The position numbers and the translations under genes are program-made. From Acidobacteriota bacterium (GTDB lineage: Bacteria; Acidobacteriota; UBA890; WLXD01), in contig CAXWPH010000014.1 of NCBI GenBank assembly GCA_963666055.2, positions 256,001 through 320,000 on the forward strand: DNA of 64,000 bases, read 5' to 3'. The notes beneath the pieces are model-generated. The model saw only the letters and a list, made by a program, of their open reading frames with translations, was not told the DNA's origin and ran no database searches. Shown here piece after piece: positions 54,459-64,000 of the stretch. Position 1 is the first letter of the stretch. Each line of letters starts with the position of its first letter.

Positions 54459-55919
54459 CTATTTGATGAGATAAAGCTCCTCTTGCGGCGGAGACAAGTA
54501 TTCGACTCCACTTTCGGTGGCAATCGCCTGCTCATGATCCCACCAGAGCAAATATTGGTCTTCGTGTTCGCCGGAAGCCCACGGCATATAGATGAAGTAC
54601 TCCAGAACGAAGTGGTGATTGGGTGGGAGCGGTATGTCCCACATCCATTCGGGACCGTTAGATCCGATCCTGGGGCCAAAATAGTTCTCGAACGTCCTGG
54701 CGCGCGCTCCCTTTCCCATGCCATGGCAGTCGATATTGAGGTGGGTCTTGTCAGGGTCAAAGCCCGCGGTATAAGCGGAGAGCTCGTTCCTTGGGGTGAA
54801 CAAATGCAACTGCTCGTCCCTGAGAATTATCCCTTCGTCTTCGATTATCGCCGTGTAGTTCTTGACTATTTCTCGCGGGGTAAGGCCCACCTTGATGTTC
54901 TCTGCCAGGATCTGATCGATTCTTCGGTACTCTGCCCAGACTTCCTTGATCTCTGGAGGCGGTTCCGTCTCTCCTTCACGCAGCACATAGGCGTACATTC
55001 CCTGGCTCGGGGCCGCAACAATGTCGCCTCCCTGGATCACAACATCCTCGTGACCTGGAGTCCGTCCCCTTTGTGAGACTCCCGTGCCTCTACGGCGAAA
55101 AACAGTCATTCCCACGTCGCGATTCCTTGTTACGCCCGGCACGATCTCCTCGAAGGCGCTCTTTACGCGCTCAACCTCGTCGGCGCGCAGCTTCTTGAGC
55201 AGCTCGATCTCACTTGGCACCGGTGTGGCTACGTACTCCATCATCACGAATTCAGACGAGACGATCCGGTTGGCGTATTTTTCCCCGAGCTCCGCGGCCA
55301 ATAGCAGGTAGTCCGTATACGAGAGGCCGTCTTGCGCTCGTGTCGTGGTGGGATAGGGCCCCAGGTCGAACTTGAAATTCAGGGCAATGCGTTCGGGGTC
55401 ACGTGCTTCAACGAATTCTCCGAGGCCCTGGAATCGGTAGTCATATTCCGTCTCCGGCCCTCCCGGCGGCTGCTTCACCAGAACCGGGTCATGGAGTATG
55501 TCGTAGGCTCCCGATTCCTCGACCGACTCAGTCTCCCAAGTCACCCTCCATGTTTCTCCGGCATGTGAAGCTCCCCAGCGACGTCCGAGAACCGCCCGTT
55601 CGATCCGGTCGCCGCCACGGTCCGTGAAGACGAAAACACCGGAGGTACTCCCCAAGTCTTCTGCACCGAAGGGATCCGGAATGGCCTCTCTCATCACGTG
55701 AATCCACATGTCGACGTCGTTCTTTCGCATGACTCCAGGCAGGACGATGTCGAACTTGTCTCGACGAATCCGATGATTCCATTCCTTCAGGTCGTTCTCA
55801 TCCCGAGCTAGTGCCTCGGTCGTAGTCGTATCGGTCGATGCTGCGTCTCTTTCAGAGCCACAGGAACACAACAAGACAGACACAGGAACGATCAACAGCG
55901 AAGCGATTCGAATAGACAT
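54459..55919 (-). CDS. M24/Xaa-Pro aminopeptidase-like lipoprotein
   Basis: LCSC lipobox; LPGVMRKNDVDMWI..RE..DP, IVPGVT, AYVLREGETEPP; metal ligands look incomplete. Confidence 0.65.
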   Translation of the reverse strand: MSIRIASLLIVPVSVLLCSCGSERDAASTDTTTTEALARDENDLKEWNHRIRRDKFDIVLPGVMRKNDVDMWIHVMREAIPDPFGAEDLGSTSGVFVFTDRGGDRIERAVLGRRWGASHAGETWRVTWETESVEESGAYDILHDPVLVKQPPGGPETEYDYRFQGLGEFVEARDPERIALNFKFDLGPYPTTTRAQDGLSYTDYLLLAAELGEKYANRIVSSEFVMMEYVATPVPSEIELLKKLRADEVERVKSAFEEIVPGVTRNRDVGMTVFRRRGTGVSQRGRTPGHEDVVIQGGDIVAAPSQGMYAYVLREGETEPPPEIKEVWAEYRRIDQILAENIKVGLTPREIVKNYTAIIEDEGIILRDEQLHLFTPRNELSAYTAGFDPDKTHLNIDCHGMGKGARARTFENYFGPRIGSNGPEWMWDIPLPPNHHFVLEYFIYMPWASGEHEDQYLLWWDHEQAIATESGVEYLSPPQEELYLIK

Positions 55920-55992
55920 TGGACACTTCCTTTCAAACGTCTTCGATCAAAAAGCGCCGCAAGACTGCGCCAGGTTGGGCGAGCGTCGGGCG

Positions 55993-56490
55993 CTAACGAC
56001 GCTCCGCCTCCAGCCTCCCATCCATGAATACGTACGACGGCACGACCCGGTAGTCGAACGGGTGTCCCTCCAGGACGACGAAATCGGCGTCCTTTCCTAC
56101 CTCGATGCTACCGATCCGGTCTTCGATATCGAGCATCTCGGCCGCGTTGAGGGTCGCCATCCGCAACGCTTCGACCTCTGGCACGCCGTTCCTGAACGCC
56201 CAGGCGCTATTCAGGATGGGCTCACCACCCCGACGGCCGATCGGTGACGCCCGGCGCGACGCACCGGGGCCGAAGAAGGCCACCTTGACGCCTGCCCGGC
56301 TGAGGATCGCTGGGCCCTCGATGCTCCAGCCGTCCCCTCCCCCGCGGATGTCGGAGGCGGCGCTGCCGGAGTTGCCGAGTATGACTCCTACGTCGGCCGC
56401 GGCGAGCTCGTCGGCCAGTTTGTGGGCCTCCACTCCTCCGGTGACCACGAGGCGCAACCCGTAGTCCTGCGCGATGCTCATCGCTGCCCC
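55993..56490 (-). pseudogene. Amidohydrolase C-terminal fragment
   Basis: ALRMATLNAAEMLDIEDRIGSIEVGKDADFVVLEGHPF; N-terminal domain absent. Confidence 0.75.
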
Positions 56491-56787
56491 GCAGATGGAG
56501 TCACGAACACGCCACTGAGGCAGAGCATAGCCGCCACCCTGAGCCTGAGGCACGCCTCCCTCCCTACGCTTCCTCGCTTCGCCAGGAGATCCTTGACGTC
56601 GCGCAAGCTCAGGCAGAAGCGTTGGTCTAGCCAGACAGCGTGAACGATGACGTCGATTGGGAAACAGTGTCAAGATAGCGCCTCGCGGCGGCGCCAAACG
56701 CGGACCGATGCGACCCCGTAGAGGCCGGTAACGGTTGTTCATCTCGACGATCGTCTGGATATCAGGGCGATAGAGAGAATCAAGCAC

Positions 56788-57393
56788 ATGGAAACACTGG
56801 TTGTTCCAGCCGGGGAGGGCCGCGCGTTTCACGTTACCGACGGCCAGCGCCTGCGCATCATCACCCCCAAGGGGCAGCAGTCCGCCGACCTCTTCGCCTT
56901 CCGCGCCGACGACATCAGCGAGTGCTTTTCCCCAGCGCACACCTGGATGCCGACACGCGCGCTGCACCCGCGAGCCGGCGACACCTTCCTCAGCTGCTTC
57001 CGGCAGCCGATGCTCGATTTTGTCGAGGACGGAGCCGATGGCATCCATGATCTGATCATCGCCCCCTGTGACGCTATCCGGTACAAGCAGTTCGGCGTCG
57101 AGGGTGATCACCGGAGCTGCGCCGAAAACCTCGAGATCGCCATGCGTGAAATTGGCCACGAGATCATCGTGCCCCCCCTGGCGGTAAATTTCTTCACCAA
57201 CACGACGGTGGAGGACGGATTCATGTTCAATACGCCGGTTGCGCCGGTGGTCAAGCCCGGCGGCTACGTCGTGCTCAAGGCCCGCATGGACCTCATCTGC
57301 GCTGTCTCCTCGTGCCCTTACGACCTGGAGGGGCCTGGTTGGGCGATCAATGCGCCCGGTGGACCAACTGAAATCGTCGTCGAACTGCTCTGA
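56788..57393 (+). CDS. DUF1989 / urea carboxylase-associated family protein
   Basis: G.Q.ADL.AF, HDLIIAPC, HRSCAENL, VNFFTN, G.YV.L.A.MDLICAVSSCP. Confidence 0.88.
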   Translation: METLVVPAGEGRAFHVTDGQRLRIITPKGQQSADLFAFRADDISECFSPAHTWMPTRALHPRAGDTFLSCFRQPMLDFVEDGADGIHDLIIAPCDAIRYKQFGVEGDHRSCAENLEIAMREIGHEIIVPPLAVNFFTNTTVEDGFMFNTPVAPVVKPGGYVVLKARMDLICAVSSCPYDLEGPGWAINAPGGPTEIVVELL

Positions 57394-57606
57394 GGGTACT
57401 GTCAAGTGAAGTCGGTTCTTAGCAGCTGACGCCAAGCAATCTCGGCGTCGATTTGCAGGATCTAGGAGGCCGCCGCGGTTCCGCCACCGCATGTGGGATT
57501 GCGCACCGCTGGCCAGCCGATTCTCGATCGTTGCTCGATTCCTTCGACGGCTGGGCAGTTTCGCCGACAGCGCGTTAGCCAAATCCAACGCAGAGAAACT
57601 CACACC

Positions 57607-59232
57607 GTGAGCACCGCCCAGCTTGATGCCCTGTTGAATCCCAGGACGATTGCGATCGTCGGCGCCAGCGATCGTGCCAGCTCCTGGACGCTCGAGATCT
57701 ACAACAATCTCCAGAGCTTCGGATTCCGGGGCGAGATTTTTCCGGTCAACCCGCGACGGCCGAGCGTTTGGGACCGGGATGCCTACAAGAGCCTCGCGGA
57801 GATTCGCCACCAAGTCGACCTGGCGATCATTGCGATCCCCGCCAGCGCGGCAGTCGACGCCGTAGCGGCGTGTGGCGCGGCCGGTATCCCGGCGGCAATG
57901 GTCGTCTCCAGCGGCTTCCGAGACGCTGGAAGCGAAGGCGCCGACATCCAGGAGGCGCTCGTTGCCGTCGCCAAGGCGAGCAACGTCACCGTGCTGGGAC
58001 CCAACGTCGAGGGCTTCATCAACTATCGCGATCGAGTCGCGGGCTACGGGGCCGAGATGCCTCCGAGCTCCAGCGTCGGCTCGATCTCGATGTTCTCCCA
58101 GAGCGGCACCGCGGCATGGACATTCGCGCACATGGCAGGCGATCGCGGTGTCGGCCTGCGACTCGTCACCGGGGTCGGCGTGGAGGCCATCCTCGACATC
58201 GGAGACATGCTCCAGTGGGCCGCAACCGACGAGGCGACCTCCGTCGTCGCGTGTTACGTCGAGACGGTTCGCGACGTGTCCCGTCTGGAGAGTGGTCTCG
58301 ACGCCATGGCACAGGCGGGCAAGCACGTTGTGGTGTGCTGCCCCCGCGTGGCGGCTGAAGCGGCGCGTCGGTCGATGATTGCGCACACCGGAGAGCTGCT
58401 GGACGATACGACACTGCGCGACGCCTTCCTACGTCGACGCGGCGCAGTGGTGGTTCACGACCCCATCGCACTCTTCGAGACCGCCCTGCTGATCGAAAGC
58501 TCCCCAGCAGGCGTTCGTGGCACGGTTGCCGTGGCCATGCAGTCCGGCGGAAACTGCACACTCTTCGCCGATGCACTCGACGATGCCGAGGTCACTCTCG
58601 GTGAATTCAGCCGGAAAACAACCGCCGCGCTGCGAGAGATCCTGCCAGACTTCACCGAGCCCCGGAATCCGCTCGACGTAACCGGCCAGGCGGTCTTCGA
58701 CAGCAAGATCTACTGCGGCACGATCGACGCGTTGGCAGCGGACCCGGAAGTGGGTATCGTCGTAATCGACGTCGCGCCCAGTCGCCGCGACCCCGACGGC
58801 GGCTCCCTAGTCAACGTGATCCTGAAGCACGCGGCAGAGGTACAGCGTTCCAGTGGCAAGCCTGTCATCTCCGTGCTCGCAACCCCGTTCTCGTATCCTC
58901 CACGCACGGCGACGCTGCTAGCTGAACATGGTGTCACCGTGTTGCAAGGCCACGCCGCGTCGGCCATCGCGATTGGTGGCCTGATCAGCATTTCTCGACA
59001 GCAGCGGCCCACCTCCAAGCGCAGCGTCGATAGGCCCGACATCTCGATCCCCTCGGGCGTGCTCGATGAGACAGCAAGCGCCCGGATCTTCGCCGCGTAC
59101 GACATCGAGCGGCCCCGCGAGCTCGTCGCGGCTACTGCCGAACAGGCGGCGGAGCGCGCCGAGCAGATCGGCGGCCGCGCCGTGGCTGTGGACGCCCTGG
59201 CCGTCACCAAGGACGAAAAAGGAGAGGAATGA
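57607..59232 (+). CDS. Acetate-CoA ligase (ADP-forming) family protein lacking most of the ATP-grasp domain
   Basis: [32 protein letters not shown]; AEQIG joins directly to GRAVAVDAL. Confidence 0.8.
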   Translation: MSTAQLDALLNPRTIAIVGASDRASSWTLEIYNNLQSFGFRGEIFPVNPRRPSVWDRDAYKSLAEIRHQVDLAIIAIPASAAVDAVAACGAAGIPAAMVVSSGFRDAGSEGADIQEALVAVAKASNVTVLGPNVEGFINYRDRVAGYGAEMPPSSSVGSISMFSQSGTAAWTFAHMAGDRGVGLRLVTGVGVEAILDIGDMLQWAATDEATSVVACYVETVRDVSRLESGLDAMAQAGKHVVVCCPRVAAEAARRSMIAHTGELLDDTTLRDAFLRRRGAVVVHDPIALFETALLIESSPAGVRGTVAVAMQSGGNCTLFADALDDAEVTLGEFSRKTTAALREILPDFTEPRNPLDVTGQAVFDSKIYCGTIDALAADPEVGIVVIDVAPSRRDPDGGSLVNVILKHAAEVQRSSGKPVISVLATPFSYPPRTATLLAEHGVTVLQGHAASAIAIGGLISISRQQRPTSKRSVDRPDISIPSGVLDETASARIFAAYDIERPRELVAATAEQAAERAEQIGGRAVAVDALAVTKDEKGEE

Positions 59233-59618
59233 TGTCGAAAGAGGCAGTGTTGCGCGTGCGCATGTCAGCCCGCGATGCCCACTACGGTGGAACCCTGGTA
59301 GCCGGCGCCAAGATGCTCGAGCTCTTCGGCGATTTGATCACCGAGCTCGCCATCCAACAGGACGGCGATGAGGGCCTGTTTCGCAGCTACGATGAAGTGG
59401 AGTTTCTGGCCCCTGTCTACAGCGGCGACTTTATCGAGGCCAAGGGCCGCATCATCAAGATCGGCAACACCTCGCGACGTTGTGAATTCGAAGCCTACAA
59501 GGTCATCGGCGTTCGGCCAGATGTGAACGATTCGGCCGCGGATGTGCTGAAGGACCCTGTCCTCGTGTGTCGGGCCACAGGCACGACAGTGGTTCCCGAG
59601 ATCAAGAAGCGCCTCTAG
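59229..59618 (+). CDS. kal: 3-aminobutyryl-CoA (or beta-alanyl-CoA) ammonia-lyase, hotdog fold
   Basis: [46 protein letters not shown]...GNTSR. Confidence 0.88.
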   Translation: MMSKEAVLRVRMSARDAHYGGTLVAGAKMLELFGDLITELAIQQDGDEGLFRSYDEVEFLAPVYSGDFIEAKGRIIKIGNTSRRCEFEAYKVIGVRPDVNDSAADVLKDPVLVCRATGTTVVPEIKKRL

Positions 59619-59746
59619 CAGGCCGTGCTAGCAGGCCAACGGCGGGCCCTACTCCACGTCGCGGGCCCCAATGCGAGCGTCGCATCCTTGACTTGACAGC
59701 ACCCGCAAAAGAGATTGTTCTGTCCGGTGGCGATTCGTAATTCATC

Positions 59747-60496
59747 ATGCTCATACACAAACCCGACGGGCACTACAGATTCCTCAAGGGCATTGCCCCC
59801 TACTCGTGCGGTGTCGTCGCGGACGACGGGTGGGAGATCGTGCGTGCCACGCTGGCCGAGCCCTTGCCCTGGCGGACGGGTTTTGACCGCGTCGAAACGC
59901 AGCTGCGGGAACTTGCAAGAGACCGCCACGCCCTCTGCGGCATGGAACTTCGGTCACCCGCACCCTTCACAATGCAAGGGTTCATCGAATTCAACCGGGA
60001 ATACTGTGATGTGCTGGCGTCCTGGGATCTCTACGTTGACGGTGATAATCCCGTCGCCCGCACCAATGTCGCACCGGTCGAGGACCCTCCGGGCAACGTG
60101 ACGCTGCACGCCTTTTCCTACACCATCGAGGCAGCGGCTGATCGACCTGCGACGTTGGTGGTCGCCGGCGCCGGAGAGTTGCGGAAAGGCAGCCTCGACG
60201 AAGCAGCTATTGTCCGCCGGGGTCAAATCGATCCCCGTGCCATGCTCGAGAAAGCAGCGCACGTCATGGACGCTATGGAAGAACGGCTGACCGGACTCGG
60301 TGGCACATGGGCATCGGTCAACGCTGTGGATGTCTATACCTGTCACCCGGTCGACCTGCTGCTGAACGATCTTCTCTGGAAGCGACTCGGCCCGGCACGT
60401 CGTCATGCCGTTCGACTGCATCACACCCGGCCGCCGGTGATCGGCATCGAATTCGAAATGGACGTGCGTGGCGTGCGCACCGAACTGGTGATCTGA
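59747..60496 (+). CDS. CnbZ-like (2-amino-5-chloromuconate deaminase-like) protein
   Basis: YRFLKGIAPYSCGV, LCGMELRSPAPF, NPVARTNVAP, RPPVIGIEFEMDVRG. Confidence 0.75.
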   Translation: MLIHKPDGHYRFLKGIAPYSCGVVADDGWEIVRATLAEPLPWRTGFDRVETQLRELARDRHALCGMELRSPAPFTMQGFIEFNREYCDVLASWDLYVDGDNPVARTNVAPVEDPPGNVTLHAFSYTIEAAADRPATLVVAGAGELRKGSLDEAAIVRRGQIDPRAMLEKAAHVMDAMEERLTGLGGTWASVNAVDVYTCHPVDLLLNDLLWKRLGPARRHAVRLHHTRPPVIGIEFEMDVRGVRTELVI

Positions 60497-60603
60497 TGAC
60501 CACAGGCCCCACCCGAACCGCGGACATCGAACTGACCCTCGTCGTCGGAGTGCACGGACCGGGCGCGCTTCACGCCCTACTCCTGCGAACGGCCCTCCCT
60601 TGA
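60496..60603 (+). pseudogene. LUD-domain (LutC/YkgG) C-terminal fragment
   Basis: TGPTRTADIELTLVVGVHGP..LH is the LUD C-terminal signature. Confidence 0.75.
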
Positions 60604-61115
60604 GACCCGACGTGCGCATCCCGCCTGGAAGCGTCGAGGTCGACTACGAGGCTGAATTCGGTGTCGTGATCGGTCGCCGCGTATCGCGCGTCTCGACGGC
60701 TGACGCCATGAACTACGTGTTGGGCTACACCAACATCAATGACGTCAGCGCGCGCGACTTCCAGTTCGCCGACGGACAATGGCAGCGTGGCAAGTCCTGC
60801 GATACCTTCTGCCCCACGCGCGAAGCCATCGTTACGCGCGACGAGATCGCGAATCCGCACTCCCTCCAGATCCAGTTCCGCTTGAACGGCGAGACGCTGC
60901 AGAACTCGAGCACGGACCAGCTGATCTTCCAGGTGCCTGAGCTCATCTCGAGTCTCTCCGCGTTCACAACGCTAGAGCCCGGCGATGTCATCGCCACCGG
61001 CACGCCCGCCGGCGTTGGCTTCGCGCGCCAGCCTCCCGTCTACGTTCGCCCGGGCGATGTGACGGAGGTCGAGATCGAAGGACTCGGCATCCTGACGAAT
61101 CCGGTCGTCGAGTAG
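60600..61115 (+). pseudogene. Fumarylacetoacetate hydrolase family, C-terminal part only
   Basis: VDYEAE, NDVSARD, GKSCDTF, PGDVIATGTP; the N-terminal C.G.NY..H region is missing. Confidence 0.8.
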
Positions 61116-61117
61116 CT

Positions 61118-62311
61118 ATGGGCAGCGGTGTGGAGCCTGCGGTCCAGCGCGTTGCCACCCGTTTCGAAACGCTCCGCGAGTCCGACTACGCCCTCCCGGA
61201 CGACTTCGCTCGGCGCGTGCTCAGCCCCGCGCTGGTCGTACATCTCGACAAGGTGCGCGACAACCTGCGTCGCGTGATCGACTGCGCTGGCGCCGATGCC
61301 AATCGCTGGCGCCCACATGTCAAGACCACCAAGATCCCCCAGGTCTTTGCGGAGGTGGCGCGCATGGGGGTGCGCAACTTCAAGTGCGCGACCACCCGCG
61401 AGGCGGCACTCCTGGCCGACGCTTTCAGGCAAGAGGGCATCGAAGATGGCGACTGCCTGCTCGCCTATCCGCTCGTCGGCCCGGCCCTCGTGCGCCTCGG
61501 CCGCATCGCCGAACAACACCCCGAGACGCGCCTGTCGGTACTTTGCGAGGAGCCGGTCCGCGTAGCGGAGGTTGCGCCACAGCTGTCCGTGTTCGTCGAC
61601 GTCAACCCCGGCATGAACCGCACCGGCATACCGATGGCCGACGCCGAAGAGATCCTGGCCGTCGCGCGGGCTGCAGGCGATCGCTTCCGCGGCGTGCACC
61701 TCTACGACGGGCACCTGTACGATCTTGCCAGCGCGGATCGCAGGCGCGCAGCCTTCGAGTGCTACGACAGACTGCTCGAGCTGGTCTCTGCGCTCGAGTC
61801 TGCGGGACATTCAGTGCCCGAGATCATCACCAGCGGCACACCGACGTTTCTACACGCGCTGGCCTTTGAGCGCTTCGCGGAGCTCGGGGAGACACGCCAC
61901 CGCGTCTCCCCGGGCACGGTCGTCTATCACGACGTGAACGGCGAACAGGCGAATCCCGAGCTCGCGCTCACGCCTGCAGCCACCCTGTTCACGCGCGTGG
62001 TCAGCCACCCGAGCGCGGCGCTCGTCACCTGCGACGCGGGAGTGAAGTCGATCGCCGCGGAAGATGGTGATCCCTGCGCCTTCGTCATCGGGCATCCCCA
62101 CCTTGTTGCGCAACCGCCGAGTGAAGAGCACCTGCCGCTCCACGTGACGAGCGGCGAGCGCCCGGCGCGCGGCACGCCCTTGCACCTGGTGCCGAAGCAT
62201 GTGTGCCCCACGGTGAACCTTGCGGAGCAAGCCGTCTTGATGGACGGCGGAGTAGTGCAGGACGTGGTTCGCGTCAGTGCTCGGGCTCACGAGCTCTTGC
62301 TCGACGAATGA
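61118..62311 (+). CDS. D-threonine aldolase/DSD1 family PLP-dependent enzyme
   Basis: WRPHVKT (PLP Lys), GMNRTG, YDGH, SEEH, HVCPTVNL. Confidence 0.88.
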   Translation: MGSGVEPAVQRVATRFETLRESDYALPDDFARRVLSPALVVHLDKVRDNLRRVIDCAGADANRWRPHVKTTKIPQVFAEVARMGVRNFKCATTREAALLADAFRQEGIEDGDCLLAYPLVGPALVRLGRIAEQHPETRLSVLCEEPVRVAEVAPQLSVFVDVNPGMNRTGIPMADAEEILAVARAAGDRFRGVHLYDGHLYDLASADRRRAAFECYDRLLELVSALESAGHSVPEIITSGTPTFLHALAFERFAELGETRHRVSPGTVVYHDVNGEQANPELALTPAATLFTRVVSHPSAALVTCDAGVKSIAAEDGDPCAFVIGHPHLVAQPPSEEHLPLHVTSGERPARGTPLHLVPKHVCPTVNLAEQAVLMDGGVVQDVVRVSARAHELLLDE

Positions 62312-62730
62312 CCACGGGGCCGATTCCTCCGAAGACAAATCGCACGAGGTAATCCGGTACTGGTGTGTCAAGTTCCGACGCCTCTTCAGAACACAAGCGC
62401 GCGGTTATTGCGGCGGAACCGTATCCCATATCGTAAACATAGTGGCTACTATATGGTCGAAATCTCGACATCGAACCCGGCCAATTGGGCATCCTCACGC
62501 GATCATCTTCGCCGAGTGGACTGAGGGCGCCCCTGACGCCGATCGTCCCGCCGTCTATGATGCAAACTCAGAGGGAGACCCTGTCATCGGAACCAGGCGC
62601 GACTTCCCCTCTTCTTGAGCTGGGCGCGAGACGCGCCCAACCACGTGTTTGTGGTTCAGGGATTCTCCCCTCCACCTGCATCTCGCACCGGTGCTCGCCG
62701 GGGCGGTCAACCGCGAGCGAGGTCGCGATC

Positions 62731-63708
62731 ATGACTATCGAAGTTCAACAGCAGTTGGATGTACCCCAGTTGGTCCTGGAGGCCAGCGAGAGATGCCGGG
62801 ACCACCTCTCGCCCACACCTCTGGAGTACTCCTTGTACCTCAGCAAGGAGATCGAGGGCGATGTCTGGCTCAAGCTGGACTCGATGCAGAGAACCTCCTC
62901 CTTCAAGTTCCGCGGTGCGATCAACAAGATCCTCTCGCTCACGGAAGAGGAACTGGACCGTGGGGTGGTCTCGGCCTCGACAGGCAACTACGCGTTGGCG
63001 GTTGCCGAGGCCATGAGGATCCGCGGACGCCGCGCCACCGTCTACGTGGCGGAGGATCTCCAGCCATCACGTCTGGAGCTGTTGCGGTTCCATGACCTGG
63101 ACCTGGTCATCCACGGCGAACGAGCCTGGGACGCGGAGGAGGGGGCCCGGCGCGCTGCGGAAGAAGACGGCAAGACCTACGTGTCGCCGTACAACGATCC
63201 GCTCGTGGTCGGCGGACAGGGAACCTGCGGGTACGAGATCTCCACGCAACTTCCCGACCTGGATGCCGCCCTCTTCGCCTGCGGGGCGGGGGGATTACTG
63301 ACCGGGTCGGCGGGCTGGCTCAAGTCCCACAACCCCGATGTAGAGGCCTTCGGCGTCTCGCCGGAGAACTCCCCGGTGATGCATGAATCGATGCGGGCCA
63401 ACAAGGTGGTCGAGATGGAGACCTTCGCGACGCTGGCCGATACCTGCGCCGGCGGCGTCGATCTGGACAGCATCACCCTGGATCTGTGTCAGCGGTATGT
63501 GGATGAGATCGTGCTGCTCACCGAGACAGAGATCGAAGACGCCATCCGCCTGCTGTTCGAGCAACATCGACTGGTGGTCGAGGGTTCGGGGGCCCTGGCG
63601 GTCGGGGGTCTCCTGAAGCAGAAGGAGCGCTTCAAGGGAAAGAAGGTGGTCGCGGTGCTCTGTGGACGAAATATCGATCTGGAAGTGTTCAAACGAATCA
63701 TCGGGTAA
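62731..63708 (+). CDS. Threonine/serine dehydratase family PLP enzyme
   Basis: TPL, QRTSSFKFRGA, ASTGNY, GQGT, GAGGL, VEGSGA, CGRNID. Confidence 0.9.
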   Translation: MTIEVQQQLDVPQLVLEASERCRDHLSPTPLEYSLYLSKEIEGDVWLKLDSMQRTSSFKFRGAINKILSLTEEELDRGVVSASTGNYALAVAEAMRIRGRRATVYVAEDLQPSRLELLRFHDLDLVIHGERAWDAEEGARRAAEEDGKTYVSPYNDPLVVGGQGTCGYEISTQLPDLDAALFACGAGGLLTGSAGWLKSHNPDVEAFGVSPENSPVMHESMRANKVVEMETFATLADTCAGGVDLDSITLDLCQRYVDEIVLLTETEIEDAIRLLFEQHRLVVEGSGALAVGGLLKQKERFKGKKVVAVLCGRNIDLEVFKRIIG

Positions 63709-63820
63709 GCCCTCTGCTTGAGTATCCCTGGTTGACCGATCTGGTCCTCCCCGTCACGTTGCCGCGACCCGTCAAAGTGCTTTACCTACGGCGGGGCTCA
63801 CCGCCGGTGTACGAGCTCCG

Positions 63821-64000
63821 ATGAGAAGCGACAGCGCATTGCCGAAGGCGGCCGGCCCGGGAAGGGCGCGGAATGAGGGACTGGTGCGCGTGATTGGAAC
63901 CGGCGCACTTGGCTTGAGCGTTGTGAACATGGTGGTCGGCGCAGGAATCTTTGTCCTGCCGGGCCGCATCGCAGCAGAGCTGGGGTCTGCCGCGATTCTT
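63821..64000 (+). CDS. APC family amino acid permease, runs off the window edge
   Basis: LVRVIG...VNMVVGAGIFVLPG TM1 motif. Confidence 0.85.
   Translation, partial: MRSDSALPKAAGPGRARNEGLVRVIGTGALGLSVVNMVVGAGIFVLPGRIAAELGSAAIL

Noticed and set aside
56620-56787. Guanidine riboswitch upstream of the DUF1989 gene (also checked upstream of the SMR gene)
   Set aside because: No ykkC-type consensus or paired ACGR hairpins recognised; the SMR protein looks Qac/EmrE-type rather than Gdx-type.
55993-58386. 797-aa minus-strand ORF
   Set aside because: Only the last ~165 aa are amidohydrolase-like; the rest is antisense shadow of the DUF1989 and CoA ligase genes.

Overview
A GC-rich bacterial window, most likely Acidobacteriota (PadR + ADOP-type permease pair, many secreted PQQ/beta-propeller, amidohydrolase and peptidase genes). 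The first ~17 kb is largely intact housekeeping and catabolic DNA: CDF transporter, agmatinase-like enzyme, metB-like lyase, eno-ftsB, an orphan ketosynthase, SMR pump, nucleoside hydrolase, hydantoinase A/B, DUF5916 and GDPD. From ~21 kb onward intact genes alternate with many internally deleted genes and orphan gene shards. Main discoveries: (1) a five-gene operon at 17.7-21.5 kb (signal-peptide-bearing hydrophobic precursor, SpoIIM/DUF95, Yip1, ABC ATPase, permease) with the architecture of head-to-tail circular bacteriocin clusters but in a diderm host; (2) a DsrE-family selenoprotein hidden by an in-frame UGA (UxxC plus SECIS-like hairpin) and a weaker CxxU candidate at the N-terminus of a membrane Ser/Thr kinase; (3) a ~280-bp CTAG-flanked MITE in three copies, built from two inverted homologous hairpin modules; (4) a poly-G frameshift separating FN3 domains from a secreted SGNH protein; (5) two complementary halves of a VOC gene 25 kb apart on opposite strands. 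No rRNA, tRNA, CRISPR array or intact transposase was recognised. All family calls come from motif recognition by eye; no database search was run.
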